The notes under the pieces: generated by a model
What the model was told of the DNA's origin: nothing
The model's input: the letters and a program-made list of their open reading frames with translations, nothing else
The model's database searches: none
Program-made: the position numbers and the translations under genes
Shown here: in pieces, positions 18,871 to 32,830 of the stretch
Layout of the letters: each line of letters begins with the position of its first letter
Numbering within the stretch: the stretch's first letter is position 1
Assembly (NCBI RefSeq): GCF_964213995.1
Contig: NW_027590264.1
Location: forward strand, 372,001-436,000
DNA: 64,000 nucleotides
Source of the DNA: Mustelus asterias
Lineage: Eukaryota
Direction: 5' to 3'

Positions 18871-20200
18871 CCTATTTTATTTCACACAATCGATTTGACT
18901 CTTGAACATGCTGAATGATTGGGCTTCCACATCCCCCTGGAATAGAAAATTCCAAAGATTCACCACCCTCTGAGTGAAGAAATTCATCCTCATCTCAGTC
19001 TTCAATGGTCTGCCCCTGATTCTGAGATTGTGTCCCCTGGTTCTAGTCTCACCAGCCAGGGGAAACATCCAATCTACATCCACCCTGTCACAGCCTGTAA
19101 GAATTTTAAGTCTGTTTCAATGGGGTCGCCTCTCATTCTTCAAGGGTTCAAGGCCGACTTCCGGACTTGATGGCCATGGAAGGTGTGCTCATAACGGGGC
19201 CAAACAGCTGGATTATCAAACAGTAAATCCTGCCGGGATCATGTATCAGTGAACTCTGCCCGAAACCTCTCTCAGTTATTACAATCTGGGCCTTGTATCA
19301 GTAATCTCTGCCCGAAACCTCTCTCAGTTATTACAATCTGGGCCTGGTATCAGTAATCTCTGCCCTAAACCTCTCTCAGTTATTACAATCTGGGCCTTGT
19401 ATCAGTAAACTCTGCCCGAAACCTCTCTCAGTTATTACAATCTGGGACTTGTATCAGTAATCTCTGCGCTAAACCTCTCTCAGTTATTACAATCTGGGAC
19501 TTGTATCAGTAATCTCTGCCCTAAACCTCTCTCAGTTATTACAATTTGGGCCTTGTATCAGTAATCTCTGCCCGAAACCTCTCTCAGTTATTACAATCTG
19601 GGCCTTGTATCAGTAATCTCTGCGCAAAACCTCTCTCTGTTTTTACAATCTGGGCCTTGTATCAGTAAACTCTGCCCGAAACCTCTCTCAGTTATTACAA
19701 TCTGGGCCTTGTATCAGTAAACTCTGCCCTAAATCTCTCTCAGTTATTACAATCTGGGCCTGGTATCAGTAATCTCTGCCCGAAACCTCTCTCAATTATT
19801 ACAATCTGGGTTTTGTATCAGTAATCTCTGCCCTAAACCTCTCTCAGTTATTACAATCTGGGACTTGTATCAGTAAACTCTGCCCGAAATCTCTCTCAGT
19901 TATTACAATCTGGGCCTTGTATCAGTAATCTCTGCCCTAAACCTCTCTCAATTATTACAATCTGGGACTTGTATCAGTAATCTCTGCCCTAAACCTCTCT
20001 CAGTTATTACAATCTGGGACTTGTATCAGTAAACTCTGCCCTAAACCTCTCTCAGTTATTACAATCTGGGCCTTGTATCAGTAATCTCTGCCCTAAACCT
20101 CTCTCAGTTATCACAATCTGGGACTTGTATCAGTAATCTCTGCCCGGAACCTCTCTCAGTTATTACAATCTGGGACTTGTATCAGTAATCTCTGCCCAAA

Positions 20201-20480
20201 ACTATAGGGTTCAGGCATAACTATAGGGTTTGTGGTGGGAGATATAGGAAGGATATCAGAGGTAGGTTCTTTACGCAGAGAGTGGTTGGGGTGTGGAATG
20301 GACTGCCTGCAGTGATAGTGGAGTCAGACACTTTAGGAACATTTAAGCGGTTATTGGATAGGCACATGGAGCACACCAGGATGATAGGGAGTGGGATAGC
20401 TTGATCTTGGTTTCAGATGAAGGTCGGCACAACATCGTGGGCCGAAGGGCCTGTTCTGTGCTGTACTGTTCTATGTTCTA
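20201..20480 (+). mobile_element. CR1 3' end inserted in the satellite
   Basis: FFTQRVVGVWNGLP-coding segment plus terminal stem and tail. Confidence 0.85.
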
Positions 20481-20659
20481 AAACCTCTCTCGGTTATTAC
20501 AATTTGGGCCTTGTATCAGTAATATCTGCCCAAAACCTCTCTCTCAGTTATTACAATATGGGCCTTGTATCAATAATCTCTGCCCAAAACATCTCTCAGT
20601 TAATACAATCTGGGACTTGTATCAGAAATCTCTGCCCGAAAACTCTCTCGGTTATTACT

Positions 20660-21157
20660 GGCACTGGAGCGGGTCCAGCGGAGATTCACACGGATGATCC
20701 CGGGAATGGTAGGCCTGACATACGATGAACGTCTGAGGATCGTGGGATGGTATTCGTTGGCGTTTAGGAGGTTGAGGGGAGATCTGATAGAAACTTACAA
20801 GATAATGAACGGCTTAGATAGGATGGACGTAGGGAAGTTGTTTCCATTAACAGGGGAGACTAGGACGCGGGGGCACAGCCTTAGAATAAAAGGGAGTCAC
20901 TTTAGAACAGAGATGAGGAGAAATTTCTTCAGCCAGAGAGTGGTGGGTCTGTGGAATTCATTGCCACAGAGGGCTGTGGAGGCCGAGACGTTGAGCGTCT
21001 TCAAGACAGAAATTGATAAATTCTTGATTTCTCGAGGAATTAAGGGCTATGGGGAGAGAGCGGGTAAATGGAGTTGAAATCAACCATGATTGAATGGTGA
21101 AGTGGACTCGATGGGCCGAATGGCCTTACTTCCGCTCCTATGTCTTATGGTCTTATT
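20660..21157 (+). mobile_element. CR1 3' end inserted in the satellite
   Basis: Intact 127-aa ORF2 C-terminus (RRLRGDLIETYKIM..FFSQRVVGLWNSLP) and (TCTTATG) tail. Confidence 0.9.
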
Positions 21158-23974
21158 ATAATATGGGCCTTGTATCAGTAATCGCTGCCCGAAACCTCTC
21201 TCAGTTATTACAATCTGGGCCTTGTATCAGTAATCTCTGCCCTAAACCTCTCTCGGTTATTACAATATGGGCCTTGTATCAGTAATCTCTGCCCGAAACC
21301 TCTCTCAGTTATTACAATCTGGGCCTTGTATCAGTAATCTCTGCCTTAAACCACTCTCAGTTATTACAATCTGGGCCTTGTATCAGTAATCTCTGCCTTA
21401 AACCACTCTCAGTTATTACAATCTGGGCCTTGTATCAGTAATCTCTGCCCTAAACCTCTTCAAGTTATTACAATCTGGGCCTGGTGTCAGTAAACACTGC
21501 CCTAAACCTCTTCAAGTTATTACAATCTGGGCCTGGTGTCAGTAATCTCTGCCCTAAACCTCTCTTGGTTATTACAATATGGGCCTTGTATCAGTAATCT
21601 CTGCCCTAAACCTCTCTCAGCTATTACAATCTGGGACTTGTATCTGTAATCTCTGCACAAAACCTCTCTCAGTTATTACAATCTGGGACTTATATCAGTA
21701 ATCTCTGCTTTAAACTTCTCTCAGTTATTACAATCTGGGACTTGTATCAGTAATCTCTGCCCGAAACCTCTCCCAGTGATTACAGTCTGGGACTTGTATC
21801 AGTAATCTCTGCCCTAAACCTCTCTCAGTTATTACAATCTGGGCTTTGTATTAGTAATCTCTGCCATAAATCTCTCTCAATTATTACAATCTGGGCTTTG
21901 TATCAGTAATCTCTGCCCTAAACCTCTCTCAGTTATTACAATCTGGGACTTGTATCAGTAATCTCTGCCATAAACCTCTCTCAGTTATTACAATCTGGGC
22001 CTTGTATCAGTAATCTCTGCCATAAACCTCTCTCAGTTATTACAATCTGGGCCTTGTATCAGTAATCTCTGCCCGAAACATCTCTCAGTTATTACAATCT
22101 GGGACTTAAATCAGTAAACTCTGCCCGAAACCTCTCTCAGTTACTACAATTTGGGCGTTGTGTCAGTTTAATCTGCCCTAAACATCTCTCAGTTATTACA
22201 ATCTGGGCATTGTATCAGTAATCTCTGCCTTAAACCTCTCTCAGTTATTACAATCTGGGCCTTGTATCAGTAATCTCTGCCGAAACCACTCTCAGTTATT
22301 ACAATCTGGGCCTTGTATCAGTAAACTCTGCCCGAAACCTCTCTCAGTTATTACAATCTGGGCCTTGTATCAAGAATCTCTGCCCAAAACCTCTCTCAGT
22401 TATTACAACCTGGGCTTTGTATCAGTAATCTCTGCCCTAAACCTCTCTCAGTTATTACAATCTGGGCTTTGTATCAGTAATCCCTGCCCTAAACCTCTCT
22501 CAGTTATTACAATCTGGGCTTTGTATCAGTAATCTCTGCCCTAAACCTCTCTCAGTTATTACAATCTGGGCCTGGTATCAGTAATCTCTGCTCTAAACCT
22601 CTCTCAGTTACGACAATCTGGGCCTTGTATCAGTAATCTCTGCCTGAAACCTCTCTCAGTTATTACAATCTGGGCTTTGTATCAGTAATCTCTGCCCTAC
22701 AACTCTCCCAGTTATTACAATCTGGGCCTTGATTCAGTAAACGTTGCCCTAAACCTCTCTCAGTTATTACAATCTGGGCCTGGTATCAGTAATCTCTGCC
22801 CTAAACCTCTCTCAGTTATTACAATCTGGGCCTGGTATCAGTAATCTCTGCCCTAAACCTCTCTGTTATTACAATCTGGGCCTGGTATCAGTAATCTCTG
22901 CCCTAAACCTCTCTGTTATTACAATCTGGACCTGGTATCAGTAATCTCTGCCCTAAAAATCTCTGTTATTACAATCTGGGCACTGTATCAGTAATCTCTG
23001 CCCTAAACCTCTCTCAGTTATTACAATCTGGGCATTGTATTAGTAATCTCTACCCTGAACCTCTCTGTTATTACAATCTGGGTCCTGTATCAGTAATCTC
23101 TGCCCTAAACCTCTCTGTTATTACAATCTGGGCCTGGTGTCAGTAATCTCTGCCCTAAACCTCTCTCAGTTATTACAATCTGGGTCTTGTATCAGTAATC
23201 TCTGCCCTTCAGCTGATTGGAGAATATCATTGTGAATATTACTGTGTTTGGGATGTAATATTTTCCTGCTGTTGCCAATATGGCTATTTTTAACATAGTT
23301 TCTGGGATCCTCCAGTCTCCCCTCAGCAGCTTTCTGGGCAGTGAGAGGTGACACACCGTTCACTAGCAGAGGGAGTTTTTGGTCCTGTCGCTGTCAATGG
23401 GATTTCCCATTGAAGTCACCTCACGCTAGCAGGAAACCAGAGGCAGGGGAACGAGAGCAGAGAATTCCCCACGAGTGAACAGCCGGAGAATCCCGGACAG
23501 TCGCTCCTTTCCCAGTTATCACTGCACTCAACCCAGTCGCTGTTTATACGCTCAGTTGTCTCAGTGAATACTACATTACACCATGCTGCTGTGGACACTA
23601 CAATCAACCCTTTTTGAGTTCTCACTGTATTAATACCATGTATGGATTGATATTTCATTGGACAATGTGCTGGGTTAGATGAATATTTATTGATTCTTGT
23701 GATGTGGCTAGGTCAGCATTTATTGCCCATTCCTAGTTGCCCTGGAGAAGGTGGTGATGAGCAGCCGTCTTGAACCCGCTGCTGTCTATGTGGTGTAGGT
23801 ACACCCACAGTGCTGTTAGGGAGGGAACCTGCTTAAATTATCACTGCATTTAACCATGTCACTCTTTATAAAAAATAAACTCGACCATGTCTGGGTAATG
23901 AATGTGGAGCATGTCTCCATTTCTCTTTACCTCAGCACTGTATCTGTGTATGTAACACTTTATACAGTTTCAAT

Positions 23975-24263
23975 GTTATTTATTAGTGTCACAAGAAGGC
24001 TTACATTAACACTGCAATGAAGTTGCTGTGAAAATCCCCTAGTTGCCACACTCCGGCGCTGTTCGGCTTCACTGAGGGAGAATTTAGCATGGCCAATCCA
24101 CCGAACAGCATGTCTTTCAGACTGTGGGAGGAAACCAGAGCACTCGGAGGAAACCCAGACACGGGGAGAACATACAGACTCCACACAGACAGTGACGCAA
24201 GTCGGGAATCGAACCCCGGTCCCTGGCGCTGAGAGGCTGCAGTGCTAACCACTGCGCCACCCC
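23975..24263 (-). mobile_element. SINE, alternative-tail subfamily (copy at ~50549-50837)
   Basis: tRNA head on the minus strand, with the same tail as 14548-14847. Confidence 0.85.
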
Positions 24264-26154
24264 TATAAACTAGATACAGTTTCTCTTCTTAATGCATGGG
24301 GCCATCCCTCTGTATATACTACAATTGGTCTTTACTTAGTTATTGCTTCACTCAACTATGTCACTGTTTCCAATGCACTCAGTGAAGTCACAGTTATTAA
24401 CGCACGCAGCCATGCCTCTATCTACACCACACCCGACAATTTCTAAGCTGTTGCTGCACTTCCCCAGGAATAGATTTGATCTGTTTCTCTTACATTCAGC
24501 ATCATCGGAGATACTGCTGTGTTCGGCCTTGTTTCATTCATTACTCAACTCACCTGTGTCTCAGTTTTATTTTACACAAGTTCCTGTCTTTCTTATTCCT
24601 ACATTCTACCCTGTTTCAGTTGTTACTGCACTGAAAAATCTCTCTGTTAGATAGACAGAGAAAGAGAGTCAGCTGGATGGATAGACAAATATTCCTTTCA
24701 AGTTATATATTTGTGTGGGTCAGCTGGTGCCACCACTCTTGTTTGGAACAGTTTTTGTTTGGTCTTGTTACCAGCTATTGGGTGTTGTGTGAAATGTCCA
24801 ATTGCTCCAGTATTGTGTGTGTAATATTGGTGTTGAAAGATTGGGTGAATTTCGCTCGAGTCTCTTGGAGATGAGCAGAAATTGAGGAAGGGAAATAAAG
24901 TTGAACATCGGTAAAGGGAAAGTGACCACAGTCCCAGATGACGATCTGCTGCTCTCCCCTTTGAGGGGGAGAACTCACTGGCGGTGATTTACCACACCTC
25001 AGGCCAGGGGAAAGGTTGAAAGGGTTGGGCTTTCATGACGTGTTGGAGACTTTGTGCATCTCAGACCAGCTGTCCAGCCAACTGAGTGAACCAACTTCCA
25101 TATTGCCACATTTCAATGCATGTTGCACAACCTGGTCACAAACTATTGCATTGGAGATTACTCACTGATATTGGGATTGATCTGTGACAATTCTCACAGT
25201 CGCGTACGTGTGTGTGTTTGTGTGTGTGTGTGTGTGTGTGTACGTATGTTTCTGTCTGTGTGCATGTTAGTGGATATGTTTTTACAGATTCCCAGAGAGA
25301 GAGAGCGAGAGATGCAGAGACCAACAGATGACAGAGTCAAGGGGAGTGAGAGAAAGAGAGCCAGATTGAGAGAGGCACTGAGAGACAATGTCTGTCCAAA
25401 TCCTCTTGAAGCCACTTTGCATTTTCCTCACAACTCACATTCCCACCTAGCTTTGTGTCATCCGCAAACTTGGAAATATTACATTAGGTCCCCACATCCA
25501 AATCATTGATAAACATTGTGAACATCTGGGAACAAAGTCCAGATCCTTGTGGCACAGCCGGCCGACACAAGACGGAGAAATCATCTGGCCGGGAACACAA
25601 CAGCGACATTTTTCAGGGAAGCTTGGAGCCAGCTGTGTCTCAGTGGATCATAATCTGACCTCAGAATCATTCAATTGTGGCTTCAGTTACAGCATCAAAT
25701 TCTCGGCCAGGCTGGAAAACAAATCACTCCTCAAATCCCCAAATAAAACGTTCTGGGATCTGAACTTAAAATGCTGTAACTGATCATGGAGGAAAGAGTG
25801 GGGTCTAATAGACACTGAGAAGATAACTTGCATCTGAATCATAGAACGGTGACAGCACAGGAGGCCATTCAGCCCCATCAAGCCAGTGCGACACTCTGCA
25901 AGAGCAATGTCACTATTCCCACTCCTCCACCCTTTCCCCGTCACCCTGTAAATATTTCCCCTTCAGCTTCCCATTCAACTTCTCCTGGAAGTCCTTGATG
26001 GAATCTGCTTCCACCTCACGCTCAGACAGTACATTCCAGATACTGGACACTCACTACGTTAGAAACATTTCCTCATGTTGCCGCTGTCGCCATTTACCTG
26101 AATTCAGCATCCTCTGGTTTTCAACCTTTCCCCCAATGTGCCGATTATCTCAAA

Positions 26155-26330
26155 GCCGATCCTCTCAGTCCCGGGACGTCCCTGCAGGAGTTCCTCAGGG
26201 TGAGTGTCCGAGGCCCCAACCATCTTCAGCTGCTCCATCACTGACCTTCCCTCCATCACAAGGTCTGAAGTGGGGATGTTCGCTGATGATTGCACAATGT
26301 TCAGCACCATGCGCAACTCCTCAGATACTT
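26155..26330 (+). mobile_element. LINE (CR1/L2 clade) RT core fragment (copy at ~52717-52892)
   Basis: GVPQG and (MF)ADDCT motifs, split by a frameshift. Confidence 0.7.
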
Positions 26331-27139
26331 AAACAGAAAATAAGAACATCCCAAACAGGTCAGGCAGCATCTGTGGAGAGAGAAACAGATTCTGGGACCA
26401 GGGGGACTGAGAGACAGGCAGATTGAGAAAAATATGCACGCACACTAACACTCACACTCAGACAGCCTAAAACTAAACAGATATATAATGGAGGAGGAAT
26501 CCCTTCTCCCTCTGTAAATAGAGATTAACTAGATTTCTCTTCCAAAAAGACAGCACATCTGGATGGGCAGAATAGTCTCCAATTCTACCCATGGTCCTTT
26601 TCTGATCTCCATTCTTCACATCTGCACACGTTGGCTTCAGCTCCAGTTTGTGAATGAAAGCAAACCCCTGTTCATTACAAATCCACTCAGCCTTTTCCCT
26701 CTGCTCTCTCCACACACAATCTACAAGACACAAACAGGAAACATGGATTCCAGGAGAGAAAGGTCACACCTGATCCTCCTCTCAATGGATTCTCTGTCGC
26801 CAGAGAGAACATTCCAGCTCCTACAGAAAGTCACAACTGATTAATGTCAGGGACAGAATTGGAATGAATGAGACACAAGAGAGAGGAAAGGCTTCTGCTC
26901 ATCATAAAAAGCTAAAGAGTCACTCAATGTCATTAAGGGAGAGACCTCGCTGGTCTATCTTTGACCCAAGTCACGCACTGACTCTGAATGTCCTCACACC
27001 AACTTGGGGGATGGACATTTCTAAAGTACTATTCATGGCTTTAGGGTTTCCAAAAGTGTTTCACCGACAATGGAGCGCTTTTGAAATGTTGTCAGTGTTA
27101 TTTAGGAAATAAGCAAAATTTTGACGCCACACACATTGA

Positions 27140-30100
27140 GATAAAAGTTGGCAAGCCATGTTGCAGCTTTATAGAACCATTGTTAGGCCGCACTTGGAAT
27201 ATAGTGTTCAATTCTGGTCGCCACACTACTAGAAGGATGTGCAGGCTTTGGAGACGGTACAGAAAAGATTTACCAGGATGTTGCCTGGTATGGAGGGCAT
27301 TAGCTATGAGGAGAGTTTGGAGAAACTTGGTTTGTTCTCACTGGAATGACAGAGGCAAGGGGGGTGACCTGATAGAAGTCTACAGGATTATGAGAGGCAT
27401 GGACAGAGTGGATAGTCAGGAGCTTTTTCCCGGGGTTGAAGAGTCAATTACTAGGGGGCACAGGTTTAAGGTGCTAGGGACAAGGTTTAAAGGAGACGTA
27501 CGAGGCAAGTTTTTTCCACAGAGGGTGGTGGGTGCCTGGAACTCGCTGCTGGGAGAGGGAGTGGAAGCAGATACGATAGTGAGTTTTAAGGGGCGTCTGG
27601 AGAAATACAAGAATAGGATGGGAATAGAGGGATATGGTCCCTGGAAGGGGAGGGGGTTTTAGTTCACACATGGTTGGTGCAGGCTTGGAGGGCCGAAGGG
27701 CCTGTTCTTGTGCTGTAATTTTCTTTATTCTAATTTCAGAGAGAGATATATACAGATACAGAGCCATAGAGAGACAGAAACAGGATGGGATTGTGCTGTA
27801 CATGTTTACGAGCTGACATTGAGACACACACGAGATGTACACCAATGATTTGGATGAGGGAACCAAAAATAATATTTCCAAGTTTGCTGATGCCATGAAA
27901 CTTGTTGGGAATGTGAGTAGTGAGAAGGATGTTAAAATGTTTCACAGTGACTTCAGAAAATTGAGTGAATGGGTAAATGCACGGCAGATGCTGTATAACG
28001 TGGACAAACGTGAATTTAACTACTTCGGACAGAGAAGCAGAATGGCAGAGGATGATTTAAATGGTGATAGATTGGGAAATGTTGATATACAAAGGGACCT
28101 GGGTGTCCCAGTACACCAGAGACTGAAAGCAAGCATGCAGCTACAGCAAACAGTTAGGAAGGCAAATGATATGTTGGCCTTCATTGCAAGAGAACTTGAG
28201 GAAAGGGGCAAGGATGTCTTACTGCAGCTGTACAGGCCCTCGGTGAGACCACACCTGGAATATTGTGTACAGGTTTTGTCTCTGTAACTATGAAATGCTG
28301 CACTTACCATAGAGGGAGAGCAGCGGAGGCACACCAGACTGATTCCTGGGATGGCAGGATTGTCGTATGAGGAGAGATTGAGTCGACTGGGCCTGTATTC
28401 ACTGGAGTTCCGAAGAATGAGAGGGGATCGAATTGAAATGTGTAAATTCTGACTGGGCTGGAGTGACTGAATACAGGGATGTTGTTTCCTCCAGCTGAGG
28501 GGCTGAGGGGGTGGGGAGAGGGGGGGGGGGGGCGGGGGAGAGGCTGGAACAAGGGGTCACAGATGGTGAAACTTTGCAATATGTTTAATCTGTAGAAACC
28601 TATCCATCTCAGTCTGTGAACGATGACTGAGCCTCCACAGCCCCCTGGGACAGGGAATTCCAAAGATTTACCATCCTGCAAGCACATGGAATTCAGGAAA
28701 ACTTGGCGAGATGGATCGGAAACTGGTTTAGTAATTGGACACAAAGGGTGGTGTTGGAAGGCTGTTTGAGTGGCTGGAGGCCGGTGTCCAGTGGTGCACC
28801 ACAAGGCTCCGTGCTGGGGGGCTTGTTGTTGTTATACATAAATGAGACAGATGATAATGTGGGGGCAATGATAAGCAAGGTTCCAGATGACACCAAGATT
28901 GGTAGGATGGTTAATAGTGAAGAAGGTTGTAGGTTACAGGAAGATATCGCTGGGTTGGTCAGATAGGCAGAGCAGTGGCAGATGGTATTTGACCCTGATA
29001 GGTGCGAGGTGATGCACTTTGGAAGCAGTAACAAGGCAAGGGAGTATTTAATGAGTTGCAGGACACTGGGAAGCTCAGAGGAACATATGGATCTTGGGCA
29101 ATTATTCACAGATCCCTGAAGGCAGCAGAGCAGGTGAATCAAGTGGTAAAGAAGGCAGATGAGACACTTGCTTTTACCAGTCATGGTGCAGAGTAGAAGA
29201 GCAAAGAGTTAATGTTGGAGTTGTACAGAGCGTTGGTTAGGCCACAGCTGGAGTACCGTGTGCAGATCTGGTCACCACACCAGAGGAAGGATATGATAGC
29301 ACTAGAGGGGGTACAGAGGAGGCTCAGCAGCAAGTTGCCTGGGATGGAGTATTTGAGCTATAAGGAGAGACTGGATAGGTTTGGATTGTTTTCTTTAGAG
29401 CAGAGAAGGCTGATTGAGGTGTGTAAGATTATGAGGGGTATGGACAGGGTGAATAGGAAACGGCTGTTCCCCTTGGTTGAGGGATCAATCATGAGGGGAC
29501 ATAGTTTTAGGGCAAAGGGCAGGAGATTCAGAGGAGAGTTGAGAAAAACATTCACTCAGAGGGTGATGGGAATCAGGAATGTACTGCCTGGGAAGGCAGT
29601 GGAGGTCGGAAACCTTACAACCTTTCAAAAGCATTTGGATGAGCACTTGAAACATCACAACATTCAAAGATATGGTACAAGAGATGGAAAATTGGATTAG
29701 CACAACTTTAGTGGTAGTTACTGTTGGTGCAGACTCATTGGGTCGAAGGGCCTTTTCTTCACTGTACCACTCTATGACTCTGAGGGAAGAAATTCCTCCT
29801 CACAGGAAGCAGAGAGTCGGAATAAATGGGTGCTTTTCTGGTTGGCGGATGGTAACTAGTGGCGTGCCGCAGGGATCGGTACTGGGGCCTCAACTATTTA
29901 CCATTTATATAGACGATCCGGAGGAGGGGACTGAGTGTAGGGTAACAAAGTTTGCAGACGACACAAAGATAAGTGGAAAAGTGAATCGTGTGGAGGGCGT
30001 AGAAGGTATGCAGAGAGATTTGGACAGGCTGAGTGAGTGGGCGAGGATCTGGCAGATGGAGTATAACGTTGACAAATGCGAGGTTATTCACTTTGGAGGA

Positions 30101-32830
30101 AATAATAGCAAATTGGATTATCATCTAAATGGAAAAAAATTACAACATGCTGCTGTGCAAAGGGACCTGGGGGTCCTTGTGCATGAGACGCAAAAACCCA
30201 GTCTGCAGGTGCAACAGATGATCAGGAAGGCAAATGGGATGTTGGCCTATATCGCAAGGGGGATAGAATATAAAAGCAGAGATGTCTTGCTGCATCTGTA
30301 CAGGGCATTTGTGAGGCCGCAGCTGGAATACTGTGTGCAGTATTGGTCCCCTTATTTGCGGAAGGATATATTGGTCTTGGAGGGAGTGCAGAGAAGGTTC
30401 ACCAGGTTGATACCAGAGATGAGGGGTGTTGATTATGAGGAGAGACTGAGCATATTGGGTTTGTACTCGTTGGAATTTAGAAGGCTGAGGGGGGATCTTA
30501 TAGAGACCTATAAGATAATGAAGGGGCTGGATAGGGTAGAGATGGAGAGATTCTTTCCACTTAGAAAGGAAGCTAGAACAAGAGGGCACAGCCTCAAAAT
30601 AAAGGGGGGTCAGCTTAGGACAGAGTTGAGGAGGAACTTCTTCTCTCAGAGGGTGGTGAATCTCTGGAATTCTCTGCCCACTGAAGTGGTGGAGGCTACC
30701 TCGTTGAATTTGTTTAAATCACGGAGAGATGGATTCCTGATCGGTAAGGGAATTAGGGGTTATGGGGATCAGGCGGGTAAGTGGAACTGATCCACTTCAG
30801 ATCAGCCATGATCTTATTGAATGGCGGGGCAGGCTCGAGGAGCTAGATGGCCTACTCCTGCTCCTATTTCTTATGTTCTTATCTCAGTCCGAAATGTCCT
30901 GCCCCCTTACTCTGCGACTATGCCATGGTTCTAGACACCCCCCTCCCCCCCTCCCCCCGCCAGCCGGGAGAAACATCCTTCCTGTATCTACTCAGCTCAT
31001 GTTTGGGGGTTGGGGAGAGTTATAGAACAAAGAGATCTCGGGGTACAGGTTCATAGCTTCATGACAGTGGAGTCACAGGTGGACAGAGTGGTGAAGAAGG
31101 CATTCAGCATGCTTGGTTTCATTGGTCAGAACATTGAATACAGGAGTTGGGACGTCTTGTTGAAGTTGTACAAGACATTGTCAAGGCCACGCTTGGAATA
31201 CTGTGTACAGTTCTGGTCACCCTATTTTAGAATGGATATTATTAAACTAGAAAGAGTGCAAAAAAGATTTACTAGGATGCTACCGGGACATGACGGTTTG
31301 GGTTTTAAGGAGAGGTTGCACAGACTGGGACTTTTTTCCCTGTAGCGTAGAAGACTGAGGGGCGATTTTATATAAAATAATGAGGGGCATAGATCAGCTA
31401 AATTGTCAATATCTTCTCCCAAAGGTAGGGGAGTCTAAAACTAGAGGGCATAGGTTTAAGGTGAGAAGGGAGAGATACAAAAGGGTCCAGAGGGCAATTC
31501 TTTTCACACAGAGGGTGGTGAGTGTCTGGAATGAGCTGCCAGAGGTAGTAGTAGAGGCGGGTACAATTTTAGGTTTTAAAAAGCATTTAGACAGTTACAT
31601 GGGTAAGATTGGTATCGAGGGATATGGGCGAAACACAGGCAATTGTGATTTGCTTAATGGTAAAAACTGGGCGGCATGGACAAGTTGGGCCAAAGCGCGT
31701 TTCCATGCTGTAAACCTCTATGACTCGACCCTGCTGAGCCCTGTAAGAATTGTCCAAGTTTGAATGAGGTCACCTCTCATGCTTCTCAAGTGCATAAAGT
31801 AAAAGTCCATTTTCTTTCCTCAGAGGACAATCCCTCCATCCCAGGAATTAATGCAGTGAAATGTCATTGAAGTCCCTCTCGGACAAGAATGTCTTTCCTT
31901 AGGTAAGAGGATAAAACTGTCCACAACACTCCGTGTGTGGTTTCACCACTAATTCAGCCTCTTCCACTACCCCTTGAAGAGTCTACATCCCCCTCACAAC
32001 TCACACTTCCACCTGCTTTCATGTCATCTGCAAACTCGGAAATATTACATTTGATCCCAAACGTCCAAATCAATGATATGGATTGTGAATAGCTGGGCTC
32101 CCGAGTACTGATCCTTGTGATAAGCCGCTGGTCACAGCCTGCCACCCTGAAAATGACCCATTTGTACCTAAGCTCTGTTTTCTGTCCGTTAACCATTTCT
32201 CAATTCATGCCGGTATTATCAGGGTAAATACGTTGCATCACGGGGATAGGGCCTGGGTGGGAATGTTGTTAGCGCAGGCTCGATGGGCTGTATGGCCTCC
32301 TTCTGCACTGGAGGGATTCCATGATTCTAATATGTACATACGTCAGTGAAGGTGGCAGGGCACTTTGAGAGAGCAGTAAATGAAGTATATGGTATCCCAA
32401 CTTTTATTAATGGAGGAATTGAGGACACGAGTAAGGAGTTCATATTGAACTTGTATAAGACACTTGTTAGGCCTCATCTGGAGACTGCCCAGTTCTGGGC
32501 ACCGTACTTGAGGAGAGATGTGAAGACATTGGAGAGAGTGCAGAGGAGAGTCACAAGAATGATTCCAGGGAATAAGATCCGTAGCTACGAGGGTAGATTG
32601 GAGAGGTTGGGACTGTTTTCCTTGGAGAAAAGAAGGCTGAGGTGAGACTTGAAAGAGAGATTCAAGATCCTAAGGGGTATCCACAGGTTAAAGAGTGAGA
32701 AACTCTTCCCTCTCAAGAGATGGTGATGAACTAGAGGGCACAGATTCTAAATGATGGGGAAATGGATCAGAAGTGAAGTGAGGAAAAGCACTTCATCAAG
32801 AGGGTGTTTGGAATCTGGAACAATCTTCCT
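27140..32830 (+). mobile_element. Stack of nested CR1 ORF2 fragments (copy at ~53700-58855)
   Basis: At least six partial ORF2s (SKFADDTK, LYRALVRPQLEYC, RRLRGDLIE, FFSQRVVNLWNSLP), mostly on +, with short minus-strand remnants. Confidence 0.9.
29802..30882 (+). mobile_element. Young 5'-truncated CR1 with open RT C-terminal ORF
   Basis: Uninterrupted RKQRVGING..GVPQGSVLGPQLFTIYIDD..KFADDTK..GKWN*. It splits an older sequence at AAATTCCTCCTCA|TCTCAGTC. The unit B copy (56361-57008) lacks the last ~520 bp of this region. Confidence 0.92.

Larger units (their letters stand above)
19241..23208 (+). repeat. 52-bp satellite array 1
   Basis: Unit AAACCTCTCTCAGTTATTACAATCTGGGCCTTGTATCAGTAATCTCTGCCC(T/G), period 52 (e.g. 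19261 to 19313). Interrupted by two CR1 ends. Confidence 0.97.

Noticed and set aside
19241-23208. 52-bp array as a CRISPR-like repeat-spacer array
   Set aside because: Units are contiguous with no unique spacers, there are no cas genes, and the DNA is vertebrate.
29672-30790. 372-aa ORF as a host gene
   Set aside because: It is the RT and C-terminal part of a 5'-truncated CR1 ORF2.
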